Origin: Macrostomum lignano
Taxonomy: Eukaryota
Length of the DNA: 64,000 nt
Direction: 5' to 3'
NCBI GenBank assembly: GCA_002269645.1
Contig: NIVC01003393.1
Location: 1 to 64,000, forward strand
Shown here piece after piece: positions 37,301 through 49,500 of the stretch. The first letter of the stretch is position 1, and each line of letters begins with the position of its first letter. The notes below the pieces were generated by a model. It saw only the letters and a list, made by a program, of their open reading frames with translations. It searched no databases and was not told the origin of the DNA. A program made the position numbers and the translations under genes.

Positions 37301-38665
37301 ATTCTTTTTTTGTTTTCTTCTCAGAATCTAACAAACGGCGACGGCTCGTCGCAGCAGAAGCAGAGTCTGCAGCAATCGCCGCAGAAATTGCTGCAGAATC
37401 AAACAATAATGGAACAGCATCAGGATCAGAGATTGTCACGATTGGCGTGAGTGAATGATTGTCAAACTTTATTGATTTTAAGGTGTTCTTTTAAAGTCGG
37501 GGCCGCTGTACATCCTGTGTGAGCGTGTGCATGAGTGCGGGCCTGCGTACAGCATTGGCGCGCTTGCATGTGCTTAGGAGTCAGCGGAATGGGCAGAATG
37601 GCCTCAGCGCCAGTTGTGTGGGTTATGATGTCGCCGTTTTCTACTCAATAATAATAATAATAATAATTGATTACACCTGCCCTAATGGGCCAGATGTGCA
37701 ACCGACAGCTCAGCCGCAGCTATTGCGCAGTCGTGATTCCGACGCTCTGACCACTAGGCTACAATCCCCTACTCAACTTCTGCTCAAATTCCTCCAACAG
37801 ACGCCGAGGCGAGCAGCTGAAGCACCGAAGTCAGTCAAGCGACAGCGGCCGACTCAGCCGTCAGGAGCCAGGAGATGATGAAGCTCCGTCAGCTGTTGTT
37901 GCTGACCAGCGAGATTTCGACACCGAGTCACCGATCTCACCTCCGCAGCAACAGCCGCCGCCGCCGCCGCTGCCGCCCAGAATTAGCAGTGGCAGCATTG
38001 GCAATCTTCTACTACAGTCAGCGGCGCCAGCGCCCGCGCTAGTGGCGCCTCGGTCAACAGGCGCCAAGCAGCAGCGGGAGCGCCCGCTGTCAGTTAGCGG
38101 CAAGAAGCGCTGCTCGCATTGCTTCACGGAGCTGGGTAGGAGCCACTGTGTTATGTTCTTTGAACTGCTGGGTTCAGCCTTGTAAAGACTGGGTTCGGTC
38201 TTGTAATGAATGGATTAGATATTGTAATGAATGGATTAGATATTGTAATGAATGGATTAGATATTGTAATGAATTGAATTCAGTCTTGTAATGAATGCAT
38301 TCGATATTGCAGTAAACTTAAAATTAATAAGATTCAGTCAATATAATACTGTAATAAACCGGTAAGAATGGGTATCCTATTTATATAAGTATAAGCCTAA
38401 AATCGCTATATTTAGAAGGCTGCTTAGTTATCCATCACCTCCATCCCGCTGGCTGTCAATCACCGCAGGCTCTGGCGGCGCCATGGCCATTGAGTCGCTT
38501 GGCCTGTACTATCACATCAAATGCTTCAAGTGTTGCGTGTGCAGCCTCCCGCTTGGCAACGGCACCACCGGAGCTGATGTCCGAGTTAGACGGGACCGAC
38601 TGCACTGTCCGGCCTGTTTCAGCTCGGACGAAGGTATAATGAGCTCCGTGCTAGGCGTTGTTTAA
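22381..38665 (+). CDS. LMO7/LIMCH1-like protein (N-terminal calponin-homology domain, C-terminal LIM domain)
   Basis: Exons 22381-22613, 23056-23125, 31736-31845, 31938-31977, 32723-33112, 34374-34546, 34755-35715, 37129-37236, 37325-37446, 37801-38135, 38469-38665; phases are consistent throughout. CH: WIERSTG...GVQLCELLNALRPGCVKKINR...IAGLDNLALF. Also NPLQFVKP and [54 protein letters not shown]...DVRVRRDRLHCPAC. The last exon may splice further at gaag|gtataa. Confidence 0.88.
22660..22825. repeat. Degenerate (GTA)n microsatellite
   Basis: Visible in the first intron of the CH-LIM gene. Confidence 0.85.
23380..24360. repeat. Composite pyrimidine-rich tandem repeat (CTGACCCC / CCTTTTCTCTC modules)
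   Basis: About 1 kb; source of the spurious 348-aa ORF. Confidence 0.9.
25638..29881 (-). mobile_element. Full-length Ty3/Gypsy LTR retrotransposon (Mag-like), 4244 bp, inactivated by frameshifts
   Basis: LTRs at 25638-25804 and 29715-29881 (167 bp, TG...CA, 2 mismatches). PBS TGGCGACGAGGA at 29714-29703 is complementary to the tRNA-Ser(GCT) 3' end, and a PPT-like GTGGGGG precedes the 3' LTR. Gag has two CCHC knuckles; protease VDSGS; RT YQDD; RNase H CDAS; integrase HHCC plus D,D,E. About four frame disruptions near 28055, 27960, 27410 and 27080. Confidence 0.96.
29892..30881 (-). mobile_element. tRNA-derived CORE-like SINE, split by the LINE insertion
   Basis: Minus strand shows A-box TAGCCTAGTGG, B-box GGTTCGATTCC, a CORE-like domain CCTTGAGCAAGACATTTAAC...CTGTAAAATGGG, and an (ATT)n tail at 29892-29906. 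The pieces are 30627-30881 and 29892-29936. Confidence 0.8.
29937..30626 (-). mobile_element. 5'-truncated RTE-like LINE inserted into a SINE
   Basis: ORF 30007-30630: PRCEQFRYLG, LFQAVVETVLFYNAETWT, RQRRLKLAGHVIR. An (ATTGT)n-like 3' tail ends at 29937. Confidence 0.85.
30865..31405. repeat. 17-bp minisatellite (TAGGCTACAACCCCTAY)n derived from the SINE head
   Basis: About 32 copies contiguous with the SINE 5' end. Confidence 0.92.
32060..32702. repeat. 19-20-bp minisatellite (CATTCCTGACACAGAATCC)n
   Basis: Fills most of the intron 31978-32722. Confidence 0.92.
33208..34345. repeat. 23-bp minisatellite (AATCGCCCCTGAAACACACCGAG)n
   Basis: About 49 copies filling intron 33113-34373; the right half is nearly perfect. 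Confidence 0.95.
35800..35930. repeat. 15-bp minisatellite (AAATTTCATATCCCC)n
   Basis: About 8 copies. Confidence 0.88.
36212..36520. repeat. 23-bp minisatellite (GGGGTCTTTGTGAAACTGCRATC)n
   Basis: About 13 copies. Confidence 0.92.
37647..37772 (-). mobile_element. Internally deleted copy of the same SINE
   Basis: Shares the head (ccactaggctacaatcccctac), gcaaccgacagctcagccgcagcta and the (AAT)n tail with the 30-kb copy, but lacks the CORE region. Confidence 0.8.
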
Positions 38666-38844
38666 TAATGCGGTGACTTTTGTGGCCTTTCTTTGTGTGC
38701 TTTTCTGCATGCTTTCTTCTTTAGCAATTTCCTCTTGATTGGTGGTGTAAAAATAGTCCAGTGCCTGCGTTTTTTAGTTTGCTAATTATTATCTATTCAA
38801 ATTTGAGACGCTTTGAGAGGGTTGTTACATGCTTAATGAGAGGC

Positions 38845-39322
38845 CTGTTATATGCTTAGTGAGAGGGTTGTTATGTGCTTAGTGAGTGGGTTGTTATGTG
38901 CTTAGTGAGTGGGTTGTTATGTGCTTAGTGAGTGGGTTGTTATGTGCTTAGTGAGTGGGTTGTTATGTGCTTAGTGAGTGGGTTGTTATGTGCTTAGTGA
39001 GTGGGTTGTTATGTGCTTAGTGAGTGGGTTGTTATGTGCTTAGTGAGTGGGTTGTTATGTGCTTAGTGAGTGGGTTGTTATGTGCTTAGTGAGTGGGTTG
39101 TTATGTGCTTAGTGAGTGGGTTGTTATGTGCTTAGTGAGTGGGTTGTTATGTGCTTAGTGAGTGGGTTGTTATGTGCTTAGTGAGTGGGTTGTTATGTGC
39201 TTAGTGAGTGGGTTGCTATGTGCTTAGTGAGAGGGTTGCTATGTGCTTAGTGAGTGGGTTGTTATGTGCTTAGTGAGAGGGTTGCTATGTGCTTAGTGAG
39301 TGGGTTGTTATGTGCTTAGTGA
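38845..39322. repeat. 23-bp minisatellite (CTTAGTGAGTGGGTTGTTATGTG)n
   Basis: About 20 near-perfect copies. Confidence 0.95.
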
Positions 39323-40364
39323 GGTGGTGGTTTGGTGATAAAGGTCATTCAGACCCCACCTTTGCAGCCTCATATACCATCAAGCTTGGTGTTTGTTTCG
39401 CTTTTTATACCTTTAACTGAACCTGCAGCTTTCTAACCGCTATTTTTTTACTCTGGCCTTTTATAACCGCTTGCTCGCTTCCTGCCTACCTTTGCTGCAT
39501 AGATACTACTGCTATCCCACTGAAACTTCCGTTTGTATTTTGGTGTTTTCATTGTTGTTCATAAACCAAAAAGCATTAATACCTATAATTATTAAGTTTT
39601 CAGAACACCTGAAAAAACACCTGGGATTATTAATAGACGGTTTGCATGACGCTTGCGTTCTACTTTGAATTGTTGTTAATTGCACTTTTAGTTTACATTC
39701 TTACTAATAACAGTAGTGCCGCAATAAAATTTAGCACTTTTTGTACCCCACGTAAGCCTGATACTGCGCCCCACACGATGCATCTGTTTTAGCGGGCCCG
39801 TGATTGGCCCAGCCGAGTCTGTCTGTTCATCAGCTGGTCCGGTTCTGATTGGCTGCGGCTTCGCCACCAACCTAGCCTTGCCTCGCACAGCTGTAACGGC
39901 TTGGATTTTTGTCCTGCCCAATTGCATGCCCGCACGCCTTGCGTGACCGCAGCTTTGTACTTTTAGGGAGCGTTTTCGATGGACTTTTTACCTATTTGTT
40001 TACCTTGGTTACTGGGCGCGAGTCCCACCGTTTGCATCTAATGCGTTAAGTCTATTTTTAACTAATTACTTTTTTCCAACTTTTGTCTTTTTTGCACCGA
40101 TTTTACTCGTATATGTCAAAGAGTTCCGGGCGAAACGATGTTTTAGTCTGAATAATTTTATTTGCGAATGCACAAGCAGGTTGAATTCGTATTAGTTTAT
40201 TAACTTGTTATCTTCACCTCTCATTGCGTTAATTATTTCATTCACTACATATTTGGTCACAGGGTTTAAGGAATAATTGTTCCTTTGGTGAAAGAAGATT
40301 CCTGACAACATCTTTCTTCGAACTCCGACGATAAATCTATCCGAATCTATCGACGATAGATCAT

Positions 40365-40720
40365 TCAGCTGGAGCAGCCACCCTCCCAGATCCTTCAGCT
40401 GGATCAGCCGCCCTCCCAGATCCTTCAGCTGGACCAGCCGCCCTCCCAGATCCTTCAGCTGGATCAGCCGCCCTCCCAGATCCTTCAGCTGGATCAGCCG
40501 CCCTCCCAGATCCTTCAGCTGGACCAGCCGCCCTCCCAGATCCTTCAGCTGGATCAGCCGCCCTCCCAGATCCTTCAGCTGGATCAGCCGCCCTCCCAGA
40601 TCCTTCAGCTGGATCAGCCGCCCTCCCAGATCCTTCAGCTGCATCAGCCGCCCTCCCAGATCCTTCAGCTGGATCAGCCGCCCTCCCAGAAACTTCAACT
40701 GGATCAGCCGTCCTCCTAGA
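40365..40720. repeat. 30-bp minisatellite (TCCTTCAGCTGGATCAGCCGCCCTCCCAGA)n
   Basis: About 11-12 copies. Confidence 0.93.
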
Positions 40721-41640
40721 TCGTTTCAATAGCAAAATGAAAGCGTGTTTAGTTTTTCAAGGATGTTTGTATATATTCTCAGTTATTAAAGCTTCTTCAA
40801 GAATGTGATACCTAGCTGTACCAATTAATTTTTTTTGAAATTTTACCTAGATACGGGATCTCCATAAATCTTATCTACATATAAATAAATGTGTATGCTA
40901 TTATTGTCTCTGCACCTGCATGCGATGTAGCTAATTCCGTTATTAATTTGGCAGAGGTCGTACCTGCTTTTTAATTGCACAATGCTAGTCTGAATTTTAT
41001 TATTGTTATTGTTGCATCCGCAGTGAAATATGATACATTGCCAGTAGCCAGTCAAAACCAGATTACTTGTCAGCTTGGCCTGTGCTATAACTTATATAAT
41101 ATTAGCCGTGCTACTGTATGGAGAAAACGTTGTCCACTATGTTAGCCATCAACTGTGATTGTGTCATAACTGGCTAAACCATTATGCACGCTTGCAGAAT
41201 TGTTTGCTACTAATTAATATTAGCCTTCTGTCATGTGTTTGGCCATTGTTAATATATATATAAATAGTGTTACAAATATACAGCTCGTAGCGCACACAGG
41301 CTTGTGGCTTTAAATATAGCGCAAAAAATCTATTCGGTAGCCTGCGTTTTACTTATTTGATTTGATTTTGAGCTGGGTTTTTTAGCTAGGCTACAGATTT
41401 CAGTTTATCGTTTAAATTGATAAACAGCATTCAGAATAGCGGGCGCGGGCCCGCTTTGCCTTTATGTCGAATGGGCCACACCCTTTGGCTCTCCTCGCCA
41501 TGGCCTCATTGATCTGTATCTGGTTGTTTCCTATGCTTGCTTGCTCTTATCATCATCTTCGCTTTGCCGCTCCTTGGTCTGAGTCGTCTCGATCGACTGG
41601 AAAATAAGGATCAGTCCATTAGCGACAACGGCGCTTTCGG

Positions 41641-41657
41641 GCCAGTATAAAACTGGC
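41641..41657 (+). promoter_or_regulatory. Candidate TATA box of the neuropeptide gene
   Basis: TATAAAA at 41646-41652, about 45 nt upstream of the ATG, inside the short inverted repeat gccagt/actggc. Confidence 0.55.
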
Positions 41658-41694
41658 TAAATGGTGAAGCTTCAAGAGTCTGCCTTTTTTCAAA

Positions 41695-42423
41695 ATGTCT
41701 GTCTGCAAGATTTTGTTGGCTTTATCGCTAGTCGCTACTGCAGGCTTCGGCTTGTGCGCGAGCGGCCACTTTGTTTCAACCGACTGCGGAATCGAGATCT
41801 TGCCGTCTGAGGATTGTCAGCTATCGAAGGTTGCTAATGGCCCGATATCGAATGACGGTGATAACTTAGACAGAACTGACGACGGATGGACTGATGCATT
41901 CGCTAAAAGGCAGATGTTCCGGTACGGCAAGAGACAGATGTTCCGGTACGGCAAGAGACAGATGTTCCGGTACGGCAAGAGACAGATGTTCCGGTACGGC
42001 AAGAGACAGATGTTCCGGTACGGCAAGAGACAGATGTTCCGGTACGGCAAGAGACACATGTTCCGGTACGGCAAGAGGCAGATGTTCCGGTACGACAAGA
42101 GGCAGATGTTCCGGTACGGCAAGAGACACATGTTCCGGTACGGCAAGAGGCAGATGTTCCGGTACGGCAAGAGGCAGATGTTCCGGTACGGCAAGAGACA
42201 CATGTTCCGGTACGGCAAGAGGCAGATGTTCCGGTACGGCAAGAGGCAGATGTTCCGGTACGGCAAGAGACACATGTTCCGGTACGGCAAGAGACACATG
42301 TTCCGGTACGGCAAGAGGCAGATGTTCCGGTACGGCAAGAGGCAGATGTTCCGGTACGGCAAGAGACACATATTCCGGTATGGCAAGAGGCACATGTTCC
42401 GGTACGGATTGGAAAAAAAGTAG
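41695..42423 (+). CDS. Neuropeptide precursor (prepro-MFRYamide), 242 aa, single exon
   Basis: Hydrophobic signal peptide (MSVCKILLALSLVATAGFGLCA), an acidic spacer, then 21 peptide units delimited by KR: QMFRYG x13, HMFRYG x6, QMFRYD x1, HIFRYG x1. The G-KR ends are canonical amidation/cleavage signals. TATAAAA lies upstream and AATAAA downstream. Confidence 0.95.
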   Translation: MSVCKILLALSLVATAGFGLCASGHFVSTDCGIEILPSEDCQLSKVANGPISNDGDNLDRTDDGWTDAFAKRQMFRYGKRQMFRYGKRQMFRYGKRQMFRYGKRQMFRYGKRQMFRYGKRHMFRYGKRQMFRYDKRQMFRYGKRHMFRYGKRQMFRYGKRQMFRYGKRHMFRYGKRQMFRYGKRQMFRYGKRHMFRYGKRHMFRYGKRQMFRYGKRQMFRYGKRHIFRYGKRHMFRYGLEKK

Positions 42424-42499
42424 TAGCTACATTATCTTGTATAACTTGTTGTGGAAAGAACTTCTGGCTATCCTAAAGTCGTCTACGTGTCGTAGCTAA

Positions 42500-42505
42500 A
42501 ATAAA
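42500..42505 (+). terminator. Candidate polyadenylation signal of the neuropeptide gene
   Basis: AATAAA about 77 nt after the stop codon. Confidence 0.5.
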
Positions 42506-44633
42506 CATTTACTTCGCTATAACATGTACATGCAGATGCATTGCAACGTAATGGTTAATCTTTTTGAGCGAAATACATCGGCAATAGTACGGCAGTTTAT
42601 CGCCGATTGTGTTGGCCGTGTACGGGCCCTGTCGCGACACGCCACGTTCCGTCTGCCGATTGTTAGTTGTAAATTCAGTTCAAAAATTGCGTATCCTACT
42701 TAAAGTAGCGACACGTACAAGCTAGCATGGTTTGTCACTTTTCAAACGTTTGGTTGCGATAAATGGTCCATGAATTTTTCGTGCACGCACAAATGTACTA
42801 TATAATTCCTTGCCCCTTAATTTCCATGGCTTATCATAAGAACCAACCAGATTATGACTAACTGCAGTGGAAGCTTTGTCAATCTTTGGATGTACTTTTA
42901 CTACAGCTAGGCAAGATATTCGAGCTAGGTTCTGGGCTAGTCTGCCGGGGAAAAGGTAGAATCAGAGGCAGCTGAAGAGCAGGAACAGCCACGCACAAGA
43001 GAAAAATTGAACCAATTTTGTATCTAGTGCCGGCAGCACACTACGGATGAGGAAAGCTGCACAAACTGCCACAACCACAAATATCAAATAGGACGGGTAC
43101 CGGACACTAAAAAGTGCAAATAGATATTATGAAGTTTTGGAAAAACAATTATAGACGAGAATTTGAACGATTCGTAACAGTGAGAGGGAATGATTACAGT
43201 TTAACGTAGGGGTCTATGAGGATTTCTCGCAGAGGTTTGCCCGCGCGAGGTTTTCCCGCAGGGATACAAAATGGTCAATTTGATGTTTCAATAGGGAAAG
43301 GAAAGGATTATAAAAAATTAAACTCTCATTTTCAGCCATCATCCACCTGTAACAAAGAGCGGTGCAGTAATTAGCACAACTAATAATAAAATGAAGGAAA
43401 ACAGCAAGAAACGCAAACTCCTTTACCAAAGGTTTGTGACAGGAAAGCTGAATACCAACAACATTTTAATAATATAATTACCAGCAGCGTTATGTCATAA
43501 TCTGTGGCGAAACACAATTTTAATAATCAGTGGGTCACAGTCTGTCACGAACAAGTACTTTAATAAAGTAAGTGAAAAATAGAAACGTTATTCATCAAAA
43601 GAAAACAAACGGCAAGGCGAGCGGACAAAGTGAAAACTGTTAAACTTTAAATCCGCAGCAGCGCTCGAACGAAAAAAATATTTTTTGCAATCGTTCGGTT
43701 AGACCGACTAAAGAGGCTTATTAGCCTGAGCTGCACCATTTACCCCTTAAACTGGCCCTCTAGGCCATGCGAACTCGAAATAATCCGAAGAGCACCTCTA
43801 ATTAAAAAGAGGCAATTCAAGCAAGAATTGCTGAAGTTCGCACCGAAATACGAATGTTTATTAACTACAGCGAAAGGAATCGGACAGGCAGCATAGGCGC
43901 AAACACATGGTCGGGCGAAAATTATTGTCGGTACAATAACTAACCTGCTTATTATAGCACAAAATACTACTTATTGAATCATGAAGCAATGGGTTTTGGG
44001 GCAAGATTTAAGAAAAAATATGCTAAACATAATAAACAAATTCTGACTGAAGGCCAGACAATGCTAGTACACAGTTTAGTAGAAAAATTTATTCCTGGGT
44101 GCATGCAGTGCGATAAATGGTTTATATTCCCCATTTATACCAGTGTGTAGGGCAAATAAAGCATTTTTGCCCTAGACACTTGGTATTAACGGGGAATATG
44201 TGATGTATCCACCACTTAAGGTAGAAGCAGCGTAACAGGGAAAGCGTTAAGAACATTAAGACAATTTTAAAAAAATGATTTGATGTCTATGGTCTATAGC
44301 AGAATTTCTATACCATATTCTGCAGATTCAGACATGCGGTGAATGTTTCAGACAATTCTCTCTATGTAGCCAAGTGAGCAGTTAGAAACAGCGTTTTAAT
44401 ATTGTCTTTGGGCGAGTGAAATAAACCGTTTATTTGCACCGATGCAAATAAATGAAATTTACACTGAGACCATAGACGTTCGCCCGGGGCAAGTGGGGGA
44501 TAAATAGCTTTATAAACGCACATACAACATCAAGACTCAAGTTCATTGCTATATTTTATAACTTCAAAGATACAACAAACTCTAAACACAAAATGCACCC
44601 AGACATATCGGTTATACACTGCACACAAGGATC

Positions 44634-46068
44634 CTACAGCAGCATGCCATTAGAACGGAAGAAATGCAGTACACCCTCATAGGTGGTTAGCACTATACAG
44701 GTGTTAGGAATCTGGCGAACAAAATGAGTCAGCAGGCCTTTGTACATGGCGCGGAAGCCTTCCTCTTTGACAACGAGGCGCACAGTCTGGACAAGGCCGG
44801 TGTACTTTGAGCCCTCCTGGCGTAGGCGGGTTCGCAGAACTTCTGCAATTTGTATTTTTTAATATAATCACTCTATTAACTGAGGCTCAAATGGCAAATG
44901 ACAAACCTTGACCTGATATGAAGGTCGGATAGGAAGGCTTTGCGGGCCGCTTGTTAAACTAAAAAACTATATAGACCAACTGATAGATGATTGACTTCAA
45001 TTTTCATACTTGCTTTGTAATCAGACGAACTTATGTCTGTCAGAGGATTAGTGTTATAATTATACTTTCGTATGATGGTCAAACAACGTTGTCCATCCCA
45101 CTTTCATGGTTATTGCCAGGATTTTTCTATTGTATGAAGATCCGCCTCCGTTATTTTCCCAAATTTACATGATTTCCTCAGCAGGTAATCAAATAAGCTA
45201 ACTTGAGCAAAATATACAAACACGCCAACTAGCCAGTTAACCGAGATTCAACACTATCTTATTGCATTGGCCATGCTGTGCTGGGCCGCACCGCGCGCGC
45301 ACGCATTCGGCAAGCGAGTGCGCGTGACGCCCCACCTCCCGCTGTGCTGCACTATTTTACAACTGGCCCAGCCTGGAAAGCCTAAGCTTGGAAAGAACGG
45401 GGAGCTTTCCGCTTTGGTGTAGAGAGTAGAAATGGAGGTGGAGGGTTGTACGAATGAGAGAACAACTCAGACGCTAGAGCTTGCCAGTGGGAGGGCAGAG
45501 GCGCAAAAGTGCAAACAAAAAAAACAAACTATGAATGCTTTATTTAGTCCAAATGAATCAGAAATGATAATGATAAGTTTAGAAGAATTTGACTGGACTG
45601 AACAGGCAGGCCTCACCGTGCGGATAGCAGGCCACGGTCACGGTTGACTTGGACAGCATGCTGGCAATTGTGCAGAACACCATCTCGTCAGCCCTGCTGA
45701 CTCCGCCGTGATCCGGCAATTCCATACCGTCAGCCGCGGCGCCTTGGCGAGACCATTCGATTAGCCTGCGCTTCAGGTGCTCGTACATCACAAAGTGTAG
45801 CGAAGTCTCCGCTATGCCCAGATAGGACGCCTGGATGCCCCTGTAGAATCCTAATAGCCCGCTCGTAGACCACACTTCGCGGGCGCAGCGCCACACGGAC
45901 AGCGGGTTGGCGGACGGCCTGGCGCGGGTTTTGAGAATAAATGAATAGTATAGAGCTTGTCTGCCTGCCTATCCGTCATAGCTATTTATCTCTCTCTTTA
46001 TCTATCTATCTGTCTGTCTATCTATCTATCTATATCTCTCTCTATCTATCTATCTGTCTATCTATCTG

Positions 46069-46115
<47 letters not shown>

Positions 46116-46116
46116 G

Positions 46117-46151
<35 letters not shown>

Positions 46152-46202
46152 GTCTGTCTATCTGTCTATCTATCTATCTATCTATCTCTCTCTCTCTATC
46201 TG

Positions 46203-46245
<43 letters not shown>

Positions 46246-46246
46246 G

Positions 46247-46285
<39 letters not shown>

Positions 46286-46362
46286 CTCTATCTGTCTATC
46301 TATCTATCTATCTATCTGTCTATCTGTCTATCTGTCTATCTATCTATCTCTCTCTCTATCTG

Positions 46363-46453
<91 letters not shown>

Positions 46454-46488
46454 GTCTATCTATCTATCTATCTATCTCTCTCTATCTG

Positions 46489-46572
<84 letters not shown>

Positions 46573-49500
46573 CGAGTAATTTCCAGCCCCATAAAGACAA
46601 ACTTATAACAATGAGTTCGTACACTTGAGTGCAATTTAGCTTAGTAAATAATTATCTAATACCAGTTAGCTTGCCTATTAGCTTCAAATAGAGCCGACAA
46701 CAACATCTAAGACAGAGAGAAACTTTTTTTAGAACTTTTCAATCTAGCTAATGAAAGATAATAGACTAAAAGCTCTGAAGCAAGCACACTAAATGCACTT
46801 GATAGCTAAACTGCGGCGCGTGACCTCAGCTCAACTGTGCTCAACTGAGAGCCGAGCTTAAAATATGCACTCCCAACTGGCAAGCAACTTAACAGTTTAC
46901 TACCTGAGTTACGAACGGATGAGTACAATAAATAAGTCCGCTAAGCCTTTAATTATTTATTAAACATTCAATCCAGATTCTGGCTTAGTAAAGAAGTTCT
47001 TATGGCAAGAAATTTTGATTTGGTCACCGAAAACTAAAAGTTAGTTTTGTAACTATCTAGTCGCGATCGAGAATGTCGCTAGCCATCATTATAGCTGAAA
47101 GTTAAGCAGAGCCGGCAGCGGTTAGTACGCAACTGAATAGGCTGCTTCCTCAAGGAAGCCGCAGTGAGCATTAGAGTTTTTTGACGATATGAATATGAAG
47201 TTTCGAGATTGCAAAAAACTTTAGACTAATTAGATATTAACTAATTAGAGATAAACTTTAGGGAAATAGTTATATGGATCGGGGTCCCACCCCAGCTCTA
47301 GGGCTAAATAAAATTTCGAGAACCCACGATTGGTCCAGCTGCAATCTTGTCTTCACAAACCAAATCGGATTGGTGACAGTCGAGGATACAAAGCTGGAGA
47401 ATGCGGCCGCTAAGACAATATTGCTGTGCGAGCCTTTGGAGAAAAATTGCGAGAACATCTCCTGGCCGTTAAAATAGGCGCTAAAGTAGATCGCTCTGGA
47501 TGGCAGCACGCCCAGTACCGTCATGCTGAGCCCTTTAAATAAGGCTCGGAATCCTTCGGTGTGTTGAATATAACGCAGGCACTGATAGATTGACATGCTC
47601 TGCTGGGTAGCAACTACCGGCTGCGGCTTGCTAATCTGCACATGATGATGATGGTGCTGGTGAGAGCCCACAACAGTGGAGGCTGCGCCAGTCCTGAATA
47701 GCTTCATCAAAGCTGGCGTTGCGCCGCCGAAACGAGCTGGCGATTGGGACAAGATTCTGTTGTCATGCCACGAGTTAACTGAGCCTTGCAGGCGAGTCTT
47801 CACTACTTCAAGCGGCGAGGTGACGATGGCACCGACTGTCCCAGCGAATCTAAAATTGACCATATTGTTGGAGTAAATAAATTAAAACATAATGGAAATT
47901 CTACCAAAATTTATAAGACATAACTAACACAAGCTGGAAAGCAATTGCCCTGCCCTAACACTTTGTATTGGTACCAAATAAGCTAAAAACACTGTGTTTG
48001 TGTATGAGATTTTACTTCAACTCCTATTGCTAAAACTTATTGTTTATTCACTAGCTTTTTCTAATTCTTTGCTATCTACGAGCTATATATATAGAATACA
48101 TATATTAACAATATAATATTGATATTACATGTAGAATAAAGACATCTATAGAATAATTGATATAATACATTCAATTAATAAAACAAAATCATCTTGTTTA
48201 TTAAATATTTTATGATTTTATACCAAAGTAGGATTATGATTCCAATGTTTGCTAGGATCTTGGGATTTTAAGATCATGGGATAAGATAGGAAGAACCAAA
48301 TAAGATCAATTTAATAAGATACTAAATTTTAAAATTTTAATTAAATAGCTACAGTTTTATAGTTATTAGGATTGGGATCTATAGGATTATATGACTTTTC
48401 AGTTGTCAAATTTGAGTGTTATACTTTATATATTGATAATAGGCCTTAACTATTTTACAACATATATAAGCTAGAGGCTTAGAGTTTTAAAGGTAGGATA
48501 AAAATATTCATTTACATTTTATTTTGAACTTTTGGACCAATGTTAATTGAGATCCTGAGTATCCATTAGGCATCATAAATTTAGAGCTAATGTGCCAAAT
48601 GACATTATAATTCTGATGCTTAAAAACCTGGGTGAATACTCAATGATAATGTTTTATTTAACTTTTAATTCTAATGGCATTTTGATAAAAACATAATTGA
48701 TAAGCTATTTATATAATTTTATCTTCATGCATATGAGTACCAACAAATTTGTTAATATCTTACATCTAGTTTGTCAACTCTATTAACAAATTTGGTTATT
48801 TGACTATTTGTTATTGATTATTACTATATATTAAAATTAAAAAGAAAGCCTATTATTTATATAGAGTTAATATAATGAAAGCTAATCATTTATATTTGGT
48901 ATGTATTTTTTAAAAGCTGTTGAAACTTAAGGATTTTAAACCTGCTAAATTATAATCCTAGAATTATTTTTGTATATATTTTGAAATCTAAATGCTTCCA
49001 ATGGTGCTCTGCGTGTACAACGTGCTTAAGCAGCTGATCTCTGCCATCATGGCAATGTACCGTGATACGACAGCTGCTGTGACAACACCAGATGGACTCC
49101 TTTGAGACATCCTCCGGAGTACTGCAGGGAGATACGCTGGCGCCATTCCTGTTCATCCTGGTGCTTGACTGGGTGCTGCGGACTGCTCTTCCAATGATAC
49201 TGACGAGGACAGTTTTCTGCTGCGGCGATGCGTGGGTCAACGTCAACCAGGGAAGTGGCTCAGCATGCTTGGCTATGCCAACGACCTCGCCCTGCTGTCC
49301 TTGACTGTTGAGGGCGCCCAACAGCAGCTGGACAGGCTAGTTGCCATTGCAGCGAGTGTTGGCCTGGTGGTCAACACACAGAAGACCATTGTGTTGCGTG
49401 CTGGACGACATCAGCGCTGATGGGCAGGCAACCGAACTCCCGCGATGTCAGCAGTTTGTCTACCTTGGCAGTCTGGTTCCAGATGCTTGCGAGGACCTGC

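Noticed and set aside
37218-37325. GC-AG intron in the CH-LIM gene (actg|gcaagg)
   Set aside because: The canonical donor aag|gtttgc at 37236 gives the phase needed to join the downstream exons in frame.
30865-39322. CRISPR-like arrays
   Set aside because: The repeats are head-to-tail with no unique spacers, there are no cas genes, and the context is eukaryotic.
40192-40698. ORF with an LKDLGGRLIQ x11 repeat resembling a solenoid protein
   Set aside because: There is an in-frame stop just upstream, no proper start and no recognisable domain; a 30-bp minisatellite explains it.
41817-42499. Alternative-frame and antisense ORFs over the neuropeptide gene, and the idea that the gene is only a 24-bp minisatellite
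   Set aside because: Only the +41695 frame has a signal peptide and KR/G-KR processing sites, and its variation is mostly silent or conservative.
42895-43080. Possible solo LTR (TG…CA)
   Set aside because: No TSD and no second copy in the window, so support is insufficient.
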